Of a DNA stretch of 64,000 nt, positions 1 through 9,751 are shown in pieces. Numbering within the stretch: position 1 is the first letter of the stretch; each line of letters begins with the position of its first letter. The notes under the pieces were generated by a model. The model saw nothing but the letters and a program-made list of their open reading frames with translations, had not been told where the DNA came from and ran no database searches. This stretch comes from an uncultured Croceitalea sp. Lineage in GTDB: Bacteria > Bacteroidota > Bacteroidia > Flavobacteriales > Flavobacteriaceae. A program made the translations under genes and the position numbers. The DNA lies in the NCBI GenBank assembly GCA_937926215.1, contig CALEYA010000025.1, positions 5,451-69,450 of the forward strand, given 5' to 3'.

Positions 1-327
1 CTTTCCGATTTTCATGGACAGAAAGTCTTTTAGCACATAGATTTTTTGAAGCTGGCCGATGTTTTGGGAGTCGATAAACGGGGACGGGGAATTCAATTTC
101 AACTTGGCATAGCCCACGGGGAGCTTATCCACAAAAGCGATCCAATAGTTAGTATCCGGTTTCCCAAGGCTACGTGCTATTTTGTCAACCGAAAACGTAC
201 TGTCCAAATAGTCGTTCAGCCCATTTTGGTCAGTGAACAAATGGGCAAAAGCCTCTGTAAATGTTACTCGACCCAGCAACGCAATTAGCGCAGCGTCTTC
301 TTTTTTAGCCAATCGTATCTGTTCCAT
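1..327 (-). CDS. GNAT N-acetyltransferase, PaiA-like (3' end outside the window)
   Basis: Manual translation from ATG at 327: MEQIRLAKKEDAALIALLGRVTFTEAFAHLF...YWIAFVDKLPVGYAKLK...QLQKIYVLKDFLSMKIGK, open to base 1. Not in the ORF track. Confidence 0.8.
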   Translation of the reverse strand, partial: MEQIRLAKKEDAALIALLGRVTFTEAFAHLFTDQNGLNDYLDSTFSVDKIARSLGKPDTNYWIAFVDKLPVGYAKLKLNSPSPFIDSQNIGQLQKIYVLKDFLSMKIGK

Positions 328-455
328 TCCTTTTGATTTTTAGTTAATGCAAACGGTGAGCATGCAAAAGCACAGCAACCGCACACCCAAAGATAATGGG
401 TGTGGCATCTATGACTATTCCGTACCCGATATATTGGTGGTAGCCAAAAAAGAAG

Positions 456-487
456 AAACCCTCCAAACGAGTTCGTTTGGAGGGTTT
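456..487. terminator. Intrinsic terminator hairpin downstream of the 510..950 gene
   Basis: Long perfect inverted repeat AAACCCTCCAAACGA / TCGTTTGGAGGGTTT with A/T runs on the flanks. Confidence 0.8.
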
Positions 488-509
488 TTTGAAATTCAAC
501 CAACTCTGG

Positions 510-950
510 TTATCTCTTAAAAATATATCGGGTGATAAAGATACCACTGGAATCACCTTTACCCCCGTCACTTTCAACAGCACTGGTTACGAAGGCCAAC
601 TCCCATCCTTCTGAAACCATATCGTTTATTTTTGAGGTGATTAGGGCGTCATTGGCAGCAATATTCTGAAACCGAATGCCCCCTAAATTGAAGAAGTTCA
701 ATAATTTGGTTTCTTCAAAATTCTTTACCCGGATATCCTTTCTGTTGGATTTGTTCCGCGTATTGTCCTCCTCGGTCTGTACACTTGTGTACTCCTTGTA
801 ATCTTTATCCTCTTGGGCGTTGATAATACGGGAACGACCCAGTCCACTGGACACAATTGATTCTACACTTGTAATGACCTTGTATTCTTGTGCGTGCACA
901 CTTAGCAGGGTTACCATCCCCAAAATCACGGTTGCTACTATTTTTTTCAT
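510..950 (-). CDS. Conserved secreted hypothetical protein
   Basis: Likely start MKKIVATVILG (ATG 950); signal peptide ending SVHA|Q. Confidence 0.75.
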   Translation of the reverse strand: MKKIVATVILGMVTLLSVHAQEYKVITSVESIVSSGLGRSRIINAQEDKDYKEYTSVQTEEDNTRNKSNRKDIRVKNFEETKLLNFFNLGGIRFQNIAANDALITSKINDMVSEGWELAFVTSAVESDGGKGDSSGIFITRYIFKR

Positions 951-1194
951 TGATATATTTTTGTTTGATACACCTAATGACAAAAGGTATGCCAAAGGGC
1001 TGTATGATTGATGTACTTTTTGAAATTTATATCAATACATTACTTCTAAAATTGAAGTTTTGACTCCCCAACATCTAGAATCCGTTATGCAAATATGTAT
1101 TGGTCAGAAAGGAAAATGCGCCCTATGCTTTGGCTAAAAAAACCCAGTGGCATCCTTGAAAACTGTTTGTGGTTTGGTGGTAGGAAAGTAACTT

Positions 1195-1225
1195 AAAAAG
1201 GGCCTGAATACTATCAAGCCCTTAT
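1195..1225 (-). terminator. Terminator of the M8 peptidase gene
   Basis: Minus-strand stem GGGCTTGA/TCAGGCCC followed by a U run. Confidence 0.6.
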
Positions 1226-1247
1226 TTATCAATGGATAGTGTATGCT

Positions 1248-2288
1248 CTATTTCTCTGAAGAAACCACAAAGCCAACAGGTTGTAATAAGGTTTCCATAG
1301 CTCCGATATTCAATCCTTGGCTATTATCCCCATCCTCTAAAGTACTTAAGTCTACTCCAGGGGTGCCCCTTGGCAAATCGTACTGTTCGCCTACACTCGA
1401 GGAGCGGTAGCCTAAATCCCTCATGGAACCTGCTGTAATACGACTTAGTGGATTTTCGCCGAGATTCAAAAATCCGGTCATCAACTCATTATTCAAGGTG
1501 GACTCTTGCCAATGGCCAAATGCGGTTCCAGGCCCGCCCATATTTTCTATAGGTAGTTCCCCTGTCCCCCCTTCTGCATTCCAAAAGACATTGGCCTTTC
1601 TTCCTGAAAAGAACGGACTGCTATCCGGACCTTCCAATAAGGTTCTGTCGAAACCAAAAGGTACCGTATTCCAAAGGGTACCCACACCCAAAACATGTCC
1701 CATTTCATGGACGATAACGTCTTCAAACAAGTCTAGGGACTCCAAAAAGTCCAAATCGGCTACATCAAAAAACATTACTCCAGATAGCGTAAGAAAATCA
1801 TCCAACCGCACAAAGTTAGGACCGGCCGCACCCAAGGTGCCTCCAGGGCCATCAATAGGCGCTAAAGCAACCTCAATGACAATATCGTCCAAGGTGCCGT
1901 CTACGGCATCCGGAAAACCGGGGAAAGCGGATGGAATAGTCCCTGTAAAAGAAGGTACGTCCCCAATAATAATACGTTCCCAACGCGCAGCGGCATCATT
2001 AAAAACTTGCTCTTGTCTTTCCGTTGGGGGTAATAAAAACTTTAGGGTAATGTTAAAACGGCCCCTGTCATCACCTGCAGCGTCCGTTGCCCTGGATTTA
2101 GCAATCTGAGGTTCGGTATTTGATAAATCTTGGATGATTATCGGATCAAGGTTCCTAGGGCCCAAAGTTAACAATTGGGTAGTCTCTATTGGAGTTACCG
2201 TGTTTTCTTCCGTTACATCTACCGAACAAGAAGTAAATCCAACAATAGCAAGCGACAGCATTGTAAGTCGTTTGCCAAACTTTTTCAT
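1248..2288 (-). CDS. Leishmanolysin-like (peptidase M8-related) zinc metallopeptidase lipoprotein
   Basis: HEMGH zinc motif, distal GHWQE His, NELMTG Met-turn-like motif, lipobox GFTSC. Start refined to MKKFGKR. Confidence 0.8.
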   Translation of the reverse strand: MKKFGKRLTMLSLAIVGFTSCSVDVTEENTVTPIETTQLLTLGPRNLDPIIIQDLSNTEPQIAKSRATDAAGDDRGRFNITLKFLLPPTERQEQVFNDAAARWERIIIGDVPSFTGTIPSAFPGFPDAVDGTLDDIVIEVALAPIDGPGGTLGAAGPNFVRLDDFLTLSGVMFFDVADLDFLESLDLFEDVIVHEMGHVLGVGTLWNTVPFGFDRTLLEGPDSSPFFSGRKANVFWNAEGGTGELPIENMGGPGTAFGHWQESTLNNELMTGFLNLGENPLSRITAGSMRDLGYRSSSVGEQYDLPRGTPGVDLSTLEDGDNSQGLNIGAMETLLQPVGFVVSSEK

Positions 2289-2340
2289 TTGAATGGTGTT
2301 GTACATAATTTTTGAGAATTTAGAATTAGTCTATTACCCT

Positions 2341-2348
2341 CAAATATA
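2341..2348 (-). promoter_or_regulatory. Bacteroidota sigma-A -7 box (TATATTTG)
   Basis: Matches TAnnTTTG, upstream of the M8 peptidase. Confidence 0.6.
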
Positions 2349-2672
2349 TTGATAAACAACTATTTATGATTGCAGAAAAACCTTAAAATTTCTATGGTTT
2401 TTCTGTAATTACAATAGCTTTAATCATACCAAAATCACAAAACATCCAGCATGTTTTTCAAATCACATCCTATTCTAATCCTTCTCCATTAATTGGTTTC
2501 TTTTGGGTACGGCGAAAATTATAGGGCCAATTCAGAAACCATTTGACAACGTCCATGCAGTAATTCCAGAGTAAGCAGAAAGGGTTCTAGATTATATAAG
2601 AAGACGACGTATATCTTTCTTTAGCAAAGCCCACAGACTGAGCATTGGTAGGCTTATTCAAACATCAGGTAA

Positions 2673-3110
2673 TTACTGAAAGCTTGCCGAACTAAAGTCG
2701 ATATCAAACTCAAAGCACCAAATACTAAAGCTGTTGATTTCATCAAGGTTGGTGTTCTCCGGAAGGAAAACGGTTAGGGTTTCCCCGGAAAAACTTCGGC
2801 CGTTAATAGGCTCACTCAAATTGATTCCAGCTGCAAAGTTTCCGTTGTTTCCCCCGTAAATACTTACGTTAGGGCCCAAACCATTGTAGAAAAAGTTAGA
2901 AAATTCAATCTCACAATCCGATAAGATGGTAACGGTTCCGCTTATGCCGTAAATTTCACTTACTCGTAGTTGCCTGGATTGGCCTACCAAAGCGTTCGTA
3001 GCGGTGCAGGTTCTTGATTCCGGAGCGTCATTGGCCAAGGATACTTCATCTTCTTCACACCCAAAAAAACCCATGCACGCAACGACTACGCAAATTAAAA
3101 TCTTCTTCAT
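2673..3110 (-). CDS. DM13-domain lipoprotein
   Basis: Lipobox GFFGC followed by acidic EEDE; DM13-like GTVTI...GPNVSIY...FSIWCFEFDIDF. Start refined to MKKILIC. Confidence 0.75.
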   Translation of the reverse strand: MKKILICVVVACMGFFGCEEDEVSLANDAPESRTCTATNALVGQSRQLRVSEIYGISGTVTILSDCEIEFSNFFYNGLGPNVSIYGGNNGNFAAGINLSEPINGRSFSGETLTVFLPENTNLDEINSFSIWCFEFDIDFSSASFQ

Positions 3111-3315
3111 CAAAACAATTTTTAGCAATACCGGTTTTGATAGTCGATAGCTCCGGCTATTCAATACATCTTTAAATGTTAAATTTCAACATAAGGGTTT
3201 ACCCATATTCACTTTACCCAATGGCCAGGTGAGCTGTAATAACCCTAGTACATTCAAAAACAAGTAATTAACGTTTTAAAAGCCTAGAATTTCATAGAAA
3301 TGAATAATAAGTTCT

Positions 3316-3912
3316 TTAGTGCCTTCCTATTAAAACTTGCTCAATATCCTTTAAAGTAAACCCTTTGGCTTGAAGTAAAATCAGGTAGTGGAACAACAAA
3401 TCCGCACTTTCGTCCAAGAACAGTTCGTCATTGTCATCCTTGGCCTCAATAACGGTTTCTACGGCTTCCTCCCCTACTTTCTGGGCAATTTTATTAATCC
3501 CCTTTCGGAATAAGGATGCTACATAGCTTTTCCCATCTTCTTTATTTTCCTTTCGAGATGCGATAATACCTTCCAATTCCGATAAAAAGCCAAAAGAAGG
3601 GGCATTGGCATCGCCCCAACAGGTATCCGTTCCCGTGTGGCAGGTAGGACCCACCGGATTTACCGATACCAACAGCGTGTCTTGGTCACAATCCTCTTTA
3701 ATGGCTACCAATTCCAGAAAATTACCGCTCTCCTCCCCTTTGGTCCATAACCGCTGTTTTGTGCGGCTATAAAAAGTAACCTTTCCGGTTTCTTGGGTTT
3801 TTGTTAGCGCGTCTTGGTCCATATATCCTAACATCAGCACATTTTTTGTGCGGGCATCCTGAATAATGGCCGGTACCAATCCGTCTTGATTCTTGTTGAA
3901 GTCTATTTTCAT
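3316..3912 (-). CDS. hisIE: Bifunctional phosphoribosyl-AMP cyclohydrolase / phosphoribosyl-ATP pyrophosphatase
   Basis: LWTKGEESG, DCDQD, CHTG, KVGEEAVE motifs. Confidence 0.97.
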   Translation of the reverse strand: MKIDFNKNQDGLVPAIIQDARTKNVLMLGYMDQDALTKTQETGKVTFYSRTKQRLWTKGEESGNFLELVAIKEDCDQDTLLVSVNPVGPTCHTGTDTCWGDANAPSFGFLSELEGIIASRKENKEDGKSYVASLFRKGINKIAQKVGEEAVETVIEAKDDNDELFLDESADLLFHYLILLQAKGFTLKDIEQVLIGRH

Positions 3913-3968
3913 GTTTTATGTTGTAAACGGTTACCCTTAAAGGAATAGGAAAACTAGAATCCAATCTT

Positions 3969-4724
3969 TTAAATCCTTACGGGAATCCCTTGTTGTTTTA
4001 GTTCGTTTTTTAAATCGGGTATCTCAATTTCCTTAAAATGAAAAACACTGGCCGCCAATGCGGCATCTGCTTTTCCTTCCAGAAAGGTATCTTTAAAATG
4101 TGCGGTCTTCCCAGCGCCTCCGGAGGCTATTATTGGAATGTTCAATAATTCAGATAACTTGGCCAAAGCCTCATTGGCAAAACCATTTTTGGTGCCGTCA
4201 TGGTCCATACTGGTGAATAGGATTTCCCCGGCCCCACGATCCTCGACCTCCTTGGCCCAGGCAAACAAATCCAGTTCCGTGGGTACCTTTCCGCCTACCA
4301 AATGCACCTTCCAATTCCCATGGAGCTGTTTGGCATCAATAGCGACTACAATGCATTGGGAGCCAAATTTTGCCGCTAAATCATTGATCAACTGCGGATT
4401 TTTGACCGCAGAGGAATTGATGGACACTTTGTCCGCACCGTTCTTAAGCAAGATATCCACATCCTCGACGGAGGAAATTCCGCCACCCACGGTAAAGGGA
4501 ATGTTTATTTTTTCGGCGACCTTAAATACCAAATCCGCCAAGGTCTTTCTGCGTTGTTCCGTGGCGGAAATATCCAAGAAAACCAACTCATCCGCACCTG
4601 CCTTGCTATAGGCATCCGCCAGTTCCACAGGGTCTCCCGCATCCCGTAAATTCACAAAATTCACGCCTTTTACGGTACGTCCGTCTTTGATATCCAAACA
4701 AGGTATTATTCGTTTTGCTAACAC
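3969..4724 (-). CDS. hisF: Imidazole glycerol phosphate synthase cyclase subunit
   Basis: [34 protein letters not shown]. Confidence 0.98.
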   Translation of the reverse strand: MLAKRIIPCLDIKDGRTVKGVNFVNLRDAGDPVELADAYSKAGADELVFLDISATEQRRKTLADLVFKVAEKINIPFTVGGGISSVEDVDILLKNGADKVSINSSAVKNPQLINDLAAKFGSQCIVVAIDAKQLHGNWKVHLVGGKVPTELDLFAWAKEVEDRGAGEILFTSMDHDGTKNGFANEALAKLSELLNIPIIASGGAGKTAHFKDTFLEGKADAALAASVFHFKEIEIPDLKNELKQQGIPVRI

Positions 4725-4732
4725 AATCGATT

Positions 4733-4767
4733 TTAGAATTTAGAGTTAAGAATTTAAAATTAGGGGT
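4733..4767 (-). repeat. Degenerate 7-bp tandem repeat tract downstream of the four-helix-bundle gene
   Basis: Plus strand TTAGAAT TTAGAGT TAAGAAT TTAAAAT (TAGGGGT). Confidence 0.6.
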
Positions 4768-4773
4768 AAAATA

Positions 4774-5133
4774 CTATTTGTCAGCATTCAACCTTTTTCG
4801 GACGGTATTAATTGAACTTACCGTAATAGCCAAAAGTTCATTCGCCTCATTCCATAATTTCTGCATATCATTTTTTGATTTGACGCCGGCTTTATCAAAA
4901 AATTCAAGCCGGTACATAGATTCATCAACCTCTTCTTCAACTATTTTTAATTTATGAATAAAATCCCTGTCCGATTTTGCCCTACATGCGGCTCTATAGT
5001 TTGCTCCTACGGAACTTGAACATCGAATACGTTGTCTTACCCAAGCATCAAACTCCCTTGATTTAGGGAACTCTTTACACAGCAGCCAACAAGCAAAGGC
5101 AAACTCTTGCGTCCTTTTCTTTAAATCACTCAT
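4774..5133 (-). CDS. Four-helix-bundle protein (23S rRNA IVP / TIGR02436-like family)
   Basis: DLKKRT...SSSVGANYRAACRAKSDRDFIHKLKIVEEE.DES. Confidence 0.9.
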   Translation of the reverse strand: MSDLKKRTQEFAFACWLLCKEFPKSREFDAWVRQRIRCSSSVGANYRAACRAKSDRDFIHKLKIVEEEVDESMYRLEFFDKAGVKSKNDMQKLWNEANELLAITVSSINTVRKRLNADK

Positions 5134-5160
5134 CGTTCGTCATTCTACATTGGTAATTTC

Positions 5161-5679
5161 TTAGTTTTCATTCAACGTATTTAAATCCATCCCATCATAA
5201 AATCCCAATTGTTCATCGTTCAATAGTTTTACCCAAAATGCAATTTGCCCGGTATGGTACGAAAAATGCTCGACAAGATGAACGCAGCTTCCAATACCTG
5301 AAAATTCAAAACCTTGGACCTTTTTAACAGCTAGGAATCGCTCCAAACCGAGGTTTCCCATAGTCGATTTCACGGTGTTGACCGTGGATTCCAATTGTTG
5401 GAATAATTGGGCTTTGGTAAACCCACCTGTAGTGTTGAATTCTGCATCACGTTGGCGTTTATCTTCACTTCCGTTTAAGGATGCAATTCCATATTGACTT
5501 AAGTTGCCACAAAGGTGTAGCATAAGATTTCCAATGCTATTAAGGGAAGCGTTCGGTTTTTGCCACAATTGTTCTTCCGTAATGTTAACCAAGGAAATAC
5601 GTATCATCCGCAGCCCCTCGTCCAACCGAAAGCAGGCGTTCTTCACAAATTCTTGCTGGAATTGGTCTTGATTATCCAT
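5161..5679 (-). CDS. DinB-family protein (DUF1572-like)
   Basis: [13 protein letters not shown]...RQRDAEF...[13 protein letters not shown]. Confidence 0.85.
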   Translation of the reverse strand: MDNQDQFQQEFVKNACFRLDEGLRMIRISLVNITEEQLWQKPNASLNSIGNLMLHLCGNLSQYGIASLNGSEDKRQRDAEFNTTGGFTKAQLFQQLESTVNTVKSTMGNLGLERFLAVKKVQGFEFSGIGSCVHLVEHFSYHTGQIAFWVKLLNDEQLGFYDGMDLNTLNEN

Positions 5680-6451
5680 GCTGTACCACGTAATTTTCCA
5701 ATTGTTTTAGACTGATTCTATTCTCATAGATGGCCTTGCCGATGATAACCCCTTCGCACCCCAATTGGTTTAATTTTGGCAACTCTTCAAAAGTTGATAT
5801 CCCACCACTGGCGATTAGGTTGATTCCTATTTCCTGAAAATCCTCGACTCCAGCACCCGTAATTTCCGTTTTATGGATTTTGGTGTCCTGTAGCAGTCGT
5901 TCATACAATTCAAAAGCAGGCCCCGCAAGCATACCGTCCTTGGAAATATCCGTACAAATAACATAACTGATGCCTTCCTTTTGAAATTTTTTGACAAAAG
6001 GGGTTAGTTTTTGGTCCGATTCTTCCAACCAACCGGAAATAGCGATTTTTTCGTCTTTGACATCAGCCCCAAGAATCACTTTTTCACTGCCGTATTTTTT
6101 TAACCATCCCAAAAAAGTAGCCTCGTCTTTGACCGCAATGCTTCCTCCCGTAATTTGATGGGCACCGGACTCAAATGCAATACGCAAATCATCATCCGTT
6201 TTTAAACCGCCACCAAAATCGATTTTTAAATTCGTTCCTGTAGCAATCCGTTCCAAAACCTTATGATTTACAATATGTTTTGCTTTGGCACCATCCAAAT
6301 CGACCAAGTGCAAATGTAAAATTCCACTTGCTTCAAAAGCTTTGGCAACCTCCAATGGATTCTCATTATATACTTTTTTGGTCTCGTAATCCCCTTTGGA
6401 GAGACGAACGCACTTGCCGTCAATGATATCTATGGCCGGAATAATTCTCAT
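5672..6451 (-). CDS. hisA: ProFAR isomerase
   Basis: True start [17 protein letters not shown] (ATG 6451); [20 protein letters not shown]. Confidence 0.97.
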   Translation of the reverse strand: MRIIPAIDIIDGKCVRLSKGDYETKKVYNENPLEVAKAFEASGILHLHLVDLDGAKAKHIVNHKVLERIATGTNLKIDFGGGLKTDDDLRIAFESGAHQITGGSIAVKDEATFLGWLKKYGSEKVILGADVKDEKIAISGWLEESDQKLTPFVKKFQKEGISYVICTDISKDGMLAGPAFELYERLLQDTKIHKTEITGAGVEDFQEIGINLIASGGISTFEELPKLNQLGCEGVIIGKAIYENRISLKQLENYVVQHG

Positions 6452-6461
6452 GGTCAAAAAA

Positions 6462-6510
6462 TTAGAAATACGATAAATGAAAATAGAAATCGGAAATAAG
6501 AAACTCGATA
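6462..6510 (-). repeat. Seven-copy degenerate 7-bp tandem repeat in the GNAT-hisA spacer
   Basis: Plus strand TTAGAAA TACGATA AATGAAA ATAGAAA TCGGAAA TAAGAAA CTCGATA; G, A and A invariant at positions 4, 5 and 7. Confidence 0.7.
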
Positions 6511-6521
6511 CATCTGTTATT

Positions 6522-6944
6522 CTATTTTTTATTCTTTTTAAACATCCAGGTTTCTGGATTGGGGATATGGGTAAAGCCAGCCTGTTTATACAGTCCATGC
6601 GCATCATTTGTGCGTAAACCAAACCCGTTTACTTGGCTTAAGCTAGGGTAGTTTAAGATGTAGTCCATCAACTTTTTAGCATATCCTTTACCTCTAGATT
6701 TCTGATCAATAAATACGTCCATTACCCAAGCAAATACCACATAGTCCGTGGCCACTCTTGCAAAACCGATTTGATTCCCTTGGGCAGTGTCAAACATACT
6801 AAAGCATAAGGAATGTGCAATAGATTGTTTAACCTCCTCCATGGACCTTCCTTTGGACCAATAGGCCTCTTCGGATAGGAATCTATGTACGAATTCCAAA
6901 TCTACTCTAGTTTTATCCGTGCTTATTTCAATGGTCCCAATCAT
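6522..6944 (-). CDS. GNAT N-acetyltransferase
   Basis: [10 protein letters not shown]...MDVFI...SRGKGYAK...[15 protein letters not shown]; start overlaps hisH stop (TAATG). Confidence 0.9.
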   Translation of the reverse strand: MIGTIEISTDKTRVDLEFVHRFLSEEAYWSKGRSMEEVKQSIAHSLCFSMFDTAQGNQIGFARVATDYVVFAWVMDVFIDQKSRGKGYAKKLMDYILNYPSLSQVNGFGLRTNDAHGLYKQAGFTHIPNPETWMFKKNKK

Positions 6945-7579
6945 TACAACGCTAAAAAGTTCTTAAGAATGGTAGCTCCGTAATCCCCTGATTTTTCCGG
7001 ATGGAACTGCGTACCGTAAAAGTTATCTTTCTGCAAAGCAGCACTATAAAGCCCATCATAGGCGCAGGCAGCAATGGTCTCCTGGCATAGTGGGGCGTAA
7101 AAACTGTGGACCAAATAAATATAATCCTCTGGAATATCCATAAACAATGGGGATTGTAGCCCTTCAATTTTGTTCCAACCGATCTGCGGTACTTTTACAG
7201 CATCTGAGAACTTCACCACATCTATATCAAAAATTCCCAATCCTCTGGTATTTCCCTCTTCGGAAGCGTTGCACATCAACTGCATTCCCAGACAAATCCC
7301 CAATACAGGTTGCTTCAATTGTGGAATAATCTCTTGTAGGCCACTTTCCGTTAACTTTCTCATGGCGCTACTCGCCTCCCCTACACCCGGAAAAATAACT
7401 TTAGCCGCCTTTTGAATTGTTTCCGCATCACTACTCAATACCGCGTCTATTCCCAATCTTTTAAAGGCAAACTTGATGCTTTGGATGTTTCCCGCGCCGT
7501 AATCAATAATCACGAGACCTCCATCCCCTAAATTGGTCAAGGGACGACTATCGCTGCTTAATGGTATTTCTTTGTTCAT
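6944..7579 (-). CDS. hisH: IGP synthase glutamine amidotransferase subunit
   Basis: IIDYGAGN, FPGVG, LGICLGMQ, QFHPEKSG. Confidence 0.97.
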   Translation of the reverse strand: MNKEIPLSSDSRPLTNLGDGGLVIIDYGAGNIQSIKFAFKRLGIDAVLSSDAETIQKAAKVIFPGVGEASSAMRKLTESGLQEIIPQLKQPVLGICLGMQLMCNASEEGNTRGLGIFDIDVVKFSDAVKVPQIGWNKIEGLQSPLFMDIPEDYIYLVHSFYAPLCQETIAACAYDGLYSAALQKDNFYGTQFHPEKSGDYGATILKNFLAL

Positions 7580-7622
7580 AACCGTTTCTTGAACTCCTTC
7601 CTCCTATACGATTGGAAGGAAC

Positions 7623-8759
7623 CTATAATACTCCCTTTGTAGATGGTAATACCATCTTTTCTACATCCCGCTTTACCGCCATTTTTATCGCCTTGGCAAA
7701 GGCTTTAAAGATGGCTTCTATCTTATGGTGTTCGTTGGTACCCTCTGCCTTGATGTTCAAGTTGGCCTTGGCGCCATCCGAAAACGACTTAAAAAAGTGG
7801 TAGAACATTTCCGTGGGCATATCCCCTACTTTTTCACGTTTAAAATCGGCCTTCCACACCAGCCAGTTCCGTCCCCCAAAATCCAAGGCCACTTGCGCCA
7901 GGCAATCGTCCATGGGCAAGCAAAACCCATAACGTTCGATCCCCAATTTGTTTCCCAAGGCTTCATGGAACACCTCACCCAATGCGATAGCGGTATCCTC
8001 TATGGTGTGGTGCTCATCCACTTCCAAATCCCCGTCAACTTTAATGGTGAGGTTCATCTGGCCGTGCCTAGCCAATTGGTCCAACATATGGTCAAAAAAG
8101 GCAAGACCTGTATGGATATCCGACTTTCCGGTACCATCCAAGTTAACGGTTATGGCGATATCCGTTTCCTTGGTTTTTCTATGTACAGACACCGTTCTGG
8201 AACTTAATTTTAAGAACTCATATATCCTTTCCCAGTCGTTTGTTTGTAACGCAATGTGCACAGAAAGGTCATTCTGTGAAATGGTAATTTCATCAGTCCC
8301 TAATTGCGTATTATCGTCAATAAATATGCCTTTTGCCCCTAAATTCTTCGCAAGCTCCATATCCGTGAGGCGATCTCCAAGAACAAAGGAATTTTTCAGG
8401 TCAAAATCATCGGTAAAATACTTTTTGAGCAATCCCGTACCTGGTTTTCTGGTATCTGCTTGCTCATGGGGAAAGGTTTTATCGATTAAAACTTCATCAA
8501 AGACCACCCCTTCATGCTCAAAAGCCTTGATAATAAAGTTGTGTACGGGCCAGAAGGTATCCTCCGGAAAGGCATCCGTTCCCAGACCATCTTGATTGGT
8601 AATCATCACCAATGTATAGTCGAGTTCCTTGGCGATTTTACCCAAGTAAGTAAATACTTTTGGGTAGAAAACCATCTTATCAAAAGCATCGATCTGTTCA
8701 TCAACGGTTTCTTTGATGATGGTACCGTCACGGTCGATAAATAAAACCTTTTGTCCCAT
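7623..8759 (-). CDS. hisB: Bifunctional histidinol-phosphatase / IGP dehydratase
   Basis: FIDRDGT HAD motif; DEHHTIED and [12 protein letters not shown]. Confidence 0.97.
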   Translation of the reverse strand: MGQKVLFIDRDGTIIKETVDEQIDAFDKMVFYPKVFTYLGKIAKELDYTLVMITNQDGLGTDAFPEDTFWPVHNFIIKAFEHEGVVFDEVLIDKTFPHEQADTRKPGTGLLKKYFTDDFDLKNSFVLGDRLTDMELAKNLGAKGIFIDDNTQLGTDEITISQNDLSVHIALQTNDWERIYEFLKLSSRTVSVHRKTKETDIAITVNLDGTGKSDIHTGLAFFDHMLDQLARHGQMNLTIKVDGDLEVDEHHTIEDTAIALGEVFHEALGNKLGIERYGFCLPMDDCLAQVALDFGGRNWLVWKADFKREKVGDMPTEMFYHFFKSFSDGAKANLNIKAEGTNEHHKIEAIFKAFAKAIKMAVKRDVEKMVLPSTKGVL

Positions 8760-8777
8760 TTTTAATAATGTTTATGT

Positions 8778-9749
8778 CTATTCTTTGTCTTCAGTAACTT
8801 CCTTTTTTTTTCCTGCCATTATCACATTTTTGTTCCCAAAAAGTTTCTTTCGCAAGCCAGCAAAAAGTGCTACAGCTCCAATGGCGATTACCTTCCAAAA
8901 CTTTAGTAACAGGGCAAAAAACCCTGCTTTTGCAAGAATTTTTCCAGCAATTAAACCTCCAATGCCATAGGCTGCAACTTCATCAAAATCGGGGTCAAAC
9001 TCAGAATACTTATAACCTTGGTTAAAAGACACACTTGCAAGAATAGGGTCTAAATTAGATTTAACATCGTCCAATACCTCCATATCCCCAATTACATTAA
9101 GGTTGATAAAACCTTTTCTTCCGAGCACCCTAATATTGTAGTTAAGCGTATTAGACTCATAATCTTCGAATTTCAATTCTTTTGCCCAATGTAACTTTTT
9201 GGAAGATGCATCGTAAAAAGGCTCGGTAGCCCAACCTAGTAATTGCACTTCTGAGTATCCCAATTCTTTCCGTTGTGGATTAGCCGCTTTGACGTCATTC
9301 TGCATTTCTTCTAGCAAATCATCATAATCAATATCTTCGGCATCATCATCCTTAACATAACCTTCATTGGAATAGGTCAATTCTATTCCATAGCTAGTCT
9401 CTCCCGGAGATTCATCACTTTTTAATAATAACCCCATGACACTGCTGTCCTCTGGGTTTCCCCATATATCGGAAAGTACTGTCTGAGCGTCCTTTTCACG
9501 TAGAAACTTATATCCCTTTGGAATGGTAATCGTGGCCATCCCATTGTTTAAATCTGCTTTTTCATACTCATAACTAAATGTTGTTTCCAAACTATCTACA
9601 TATTTCTGGTAGCCAAAGTATTCTTGCAAAGCGGACACATCCACTTGCAAACTGTCAGCCAAAAACTCCAATCGCTCTTGATCTTGGGCTTGGCAAACGC
9701 TTGTGATAAACATAAAAAAGGATGCAACTACATAAAATTGATTTTTCAT
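8778..9749 (-). CDS. Membrane-anchored protein, DUF2167-like
   Basis: Signal peptide; LHWAKEL, LNYNIRVLGRKG, C-terminal TM YGIGGLIAG...KFWK. Confidence 0.8.
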   Translation of the reverse strand: MKNQFYVVASFFMFITSVCQAQDQERLEFLADSLQVDVSALQEYFGYQKYVDSLETTFSYEYEKADLNNGMATITIPKGYKFLREKDAQTVLSDIWGNPEDSSVMGLLLKSDESPGETSYGIELTYSNEGYVKDDDAEDIDYDDLLEEMQNDVKAANPQRKELGYSEVQLLGWATEPFYDASSKKLHWAKELKFEDYESNTLNYNIRVLGRKGFINLNVIGDMEVLDDVKSNLDPILASVSFNQGYKYSEFDPDFDEVAAYGIGGLIAGKILAKAGFFALLLKFWKVIAIGAVALFAGLRKKLFGNKNVIMAGKKKEVTEDKE

Positions 9750-9751
9750 AA

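Noticed and set aside
344-455. Hydrophobic fragment GYHQYIGYGIVIDATPIIFGCAVAVLLHAHRLH
   Set aside because: May be the 3' remnant of a membrane-protein gene, but it has no credible start and runs through a terminator.
1423-2109. Long antisense ORFs (this one, 4138..4611, 7948..8595, 19789..20319, 37071..37580 and similar)
   Set aside because: Opposite-strand shadows of well-supported genes.
2480-2660. Purine-riboswitch-like TATATAATC start in the DM13-M8 spacer
   Set aside because: The other conserved core motifs and the P1-P3 pairing could not be found.
6452-6622. 57-aa N-terminal extension of hisA in the ORF track
   Set aside because: Overlaps the GNAT gene and the heptamer tract; the conserved HisA start is ATG 6451.
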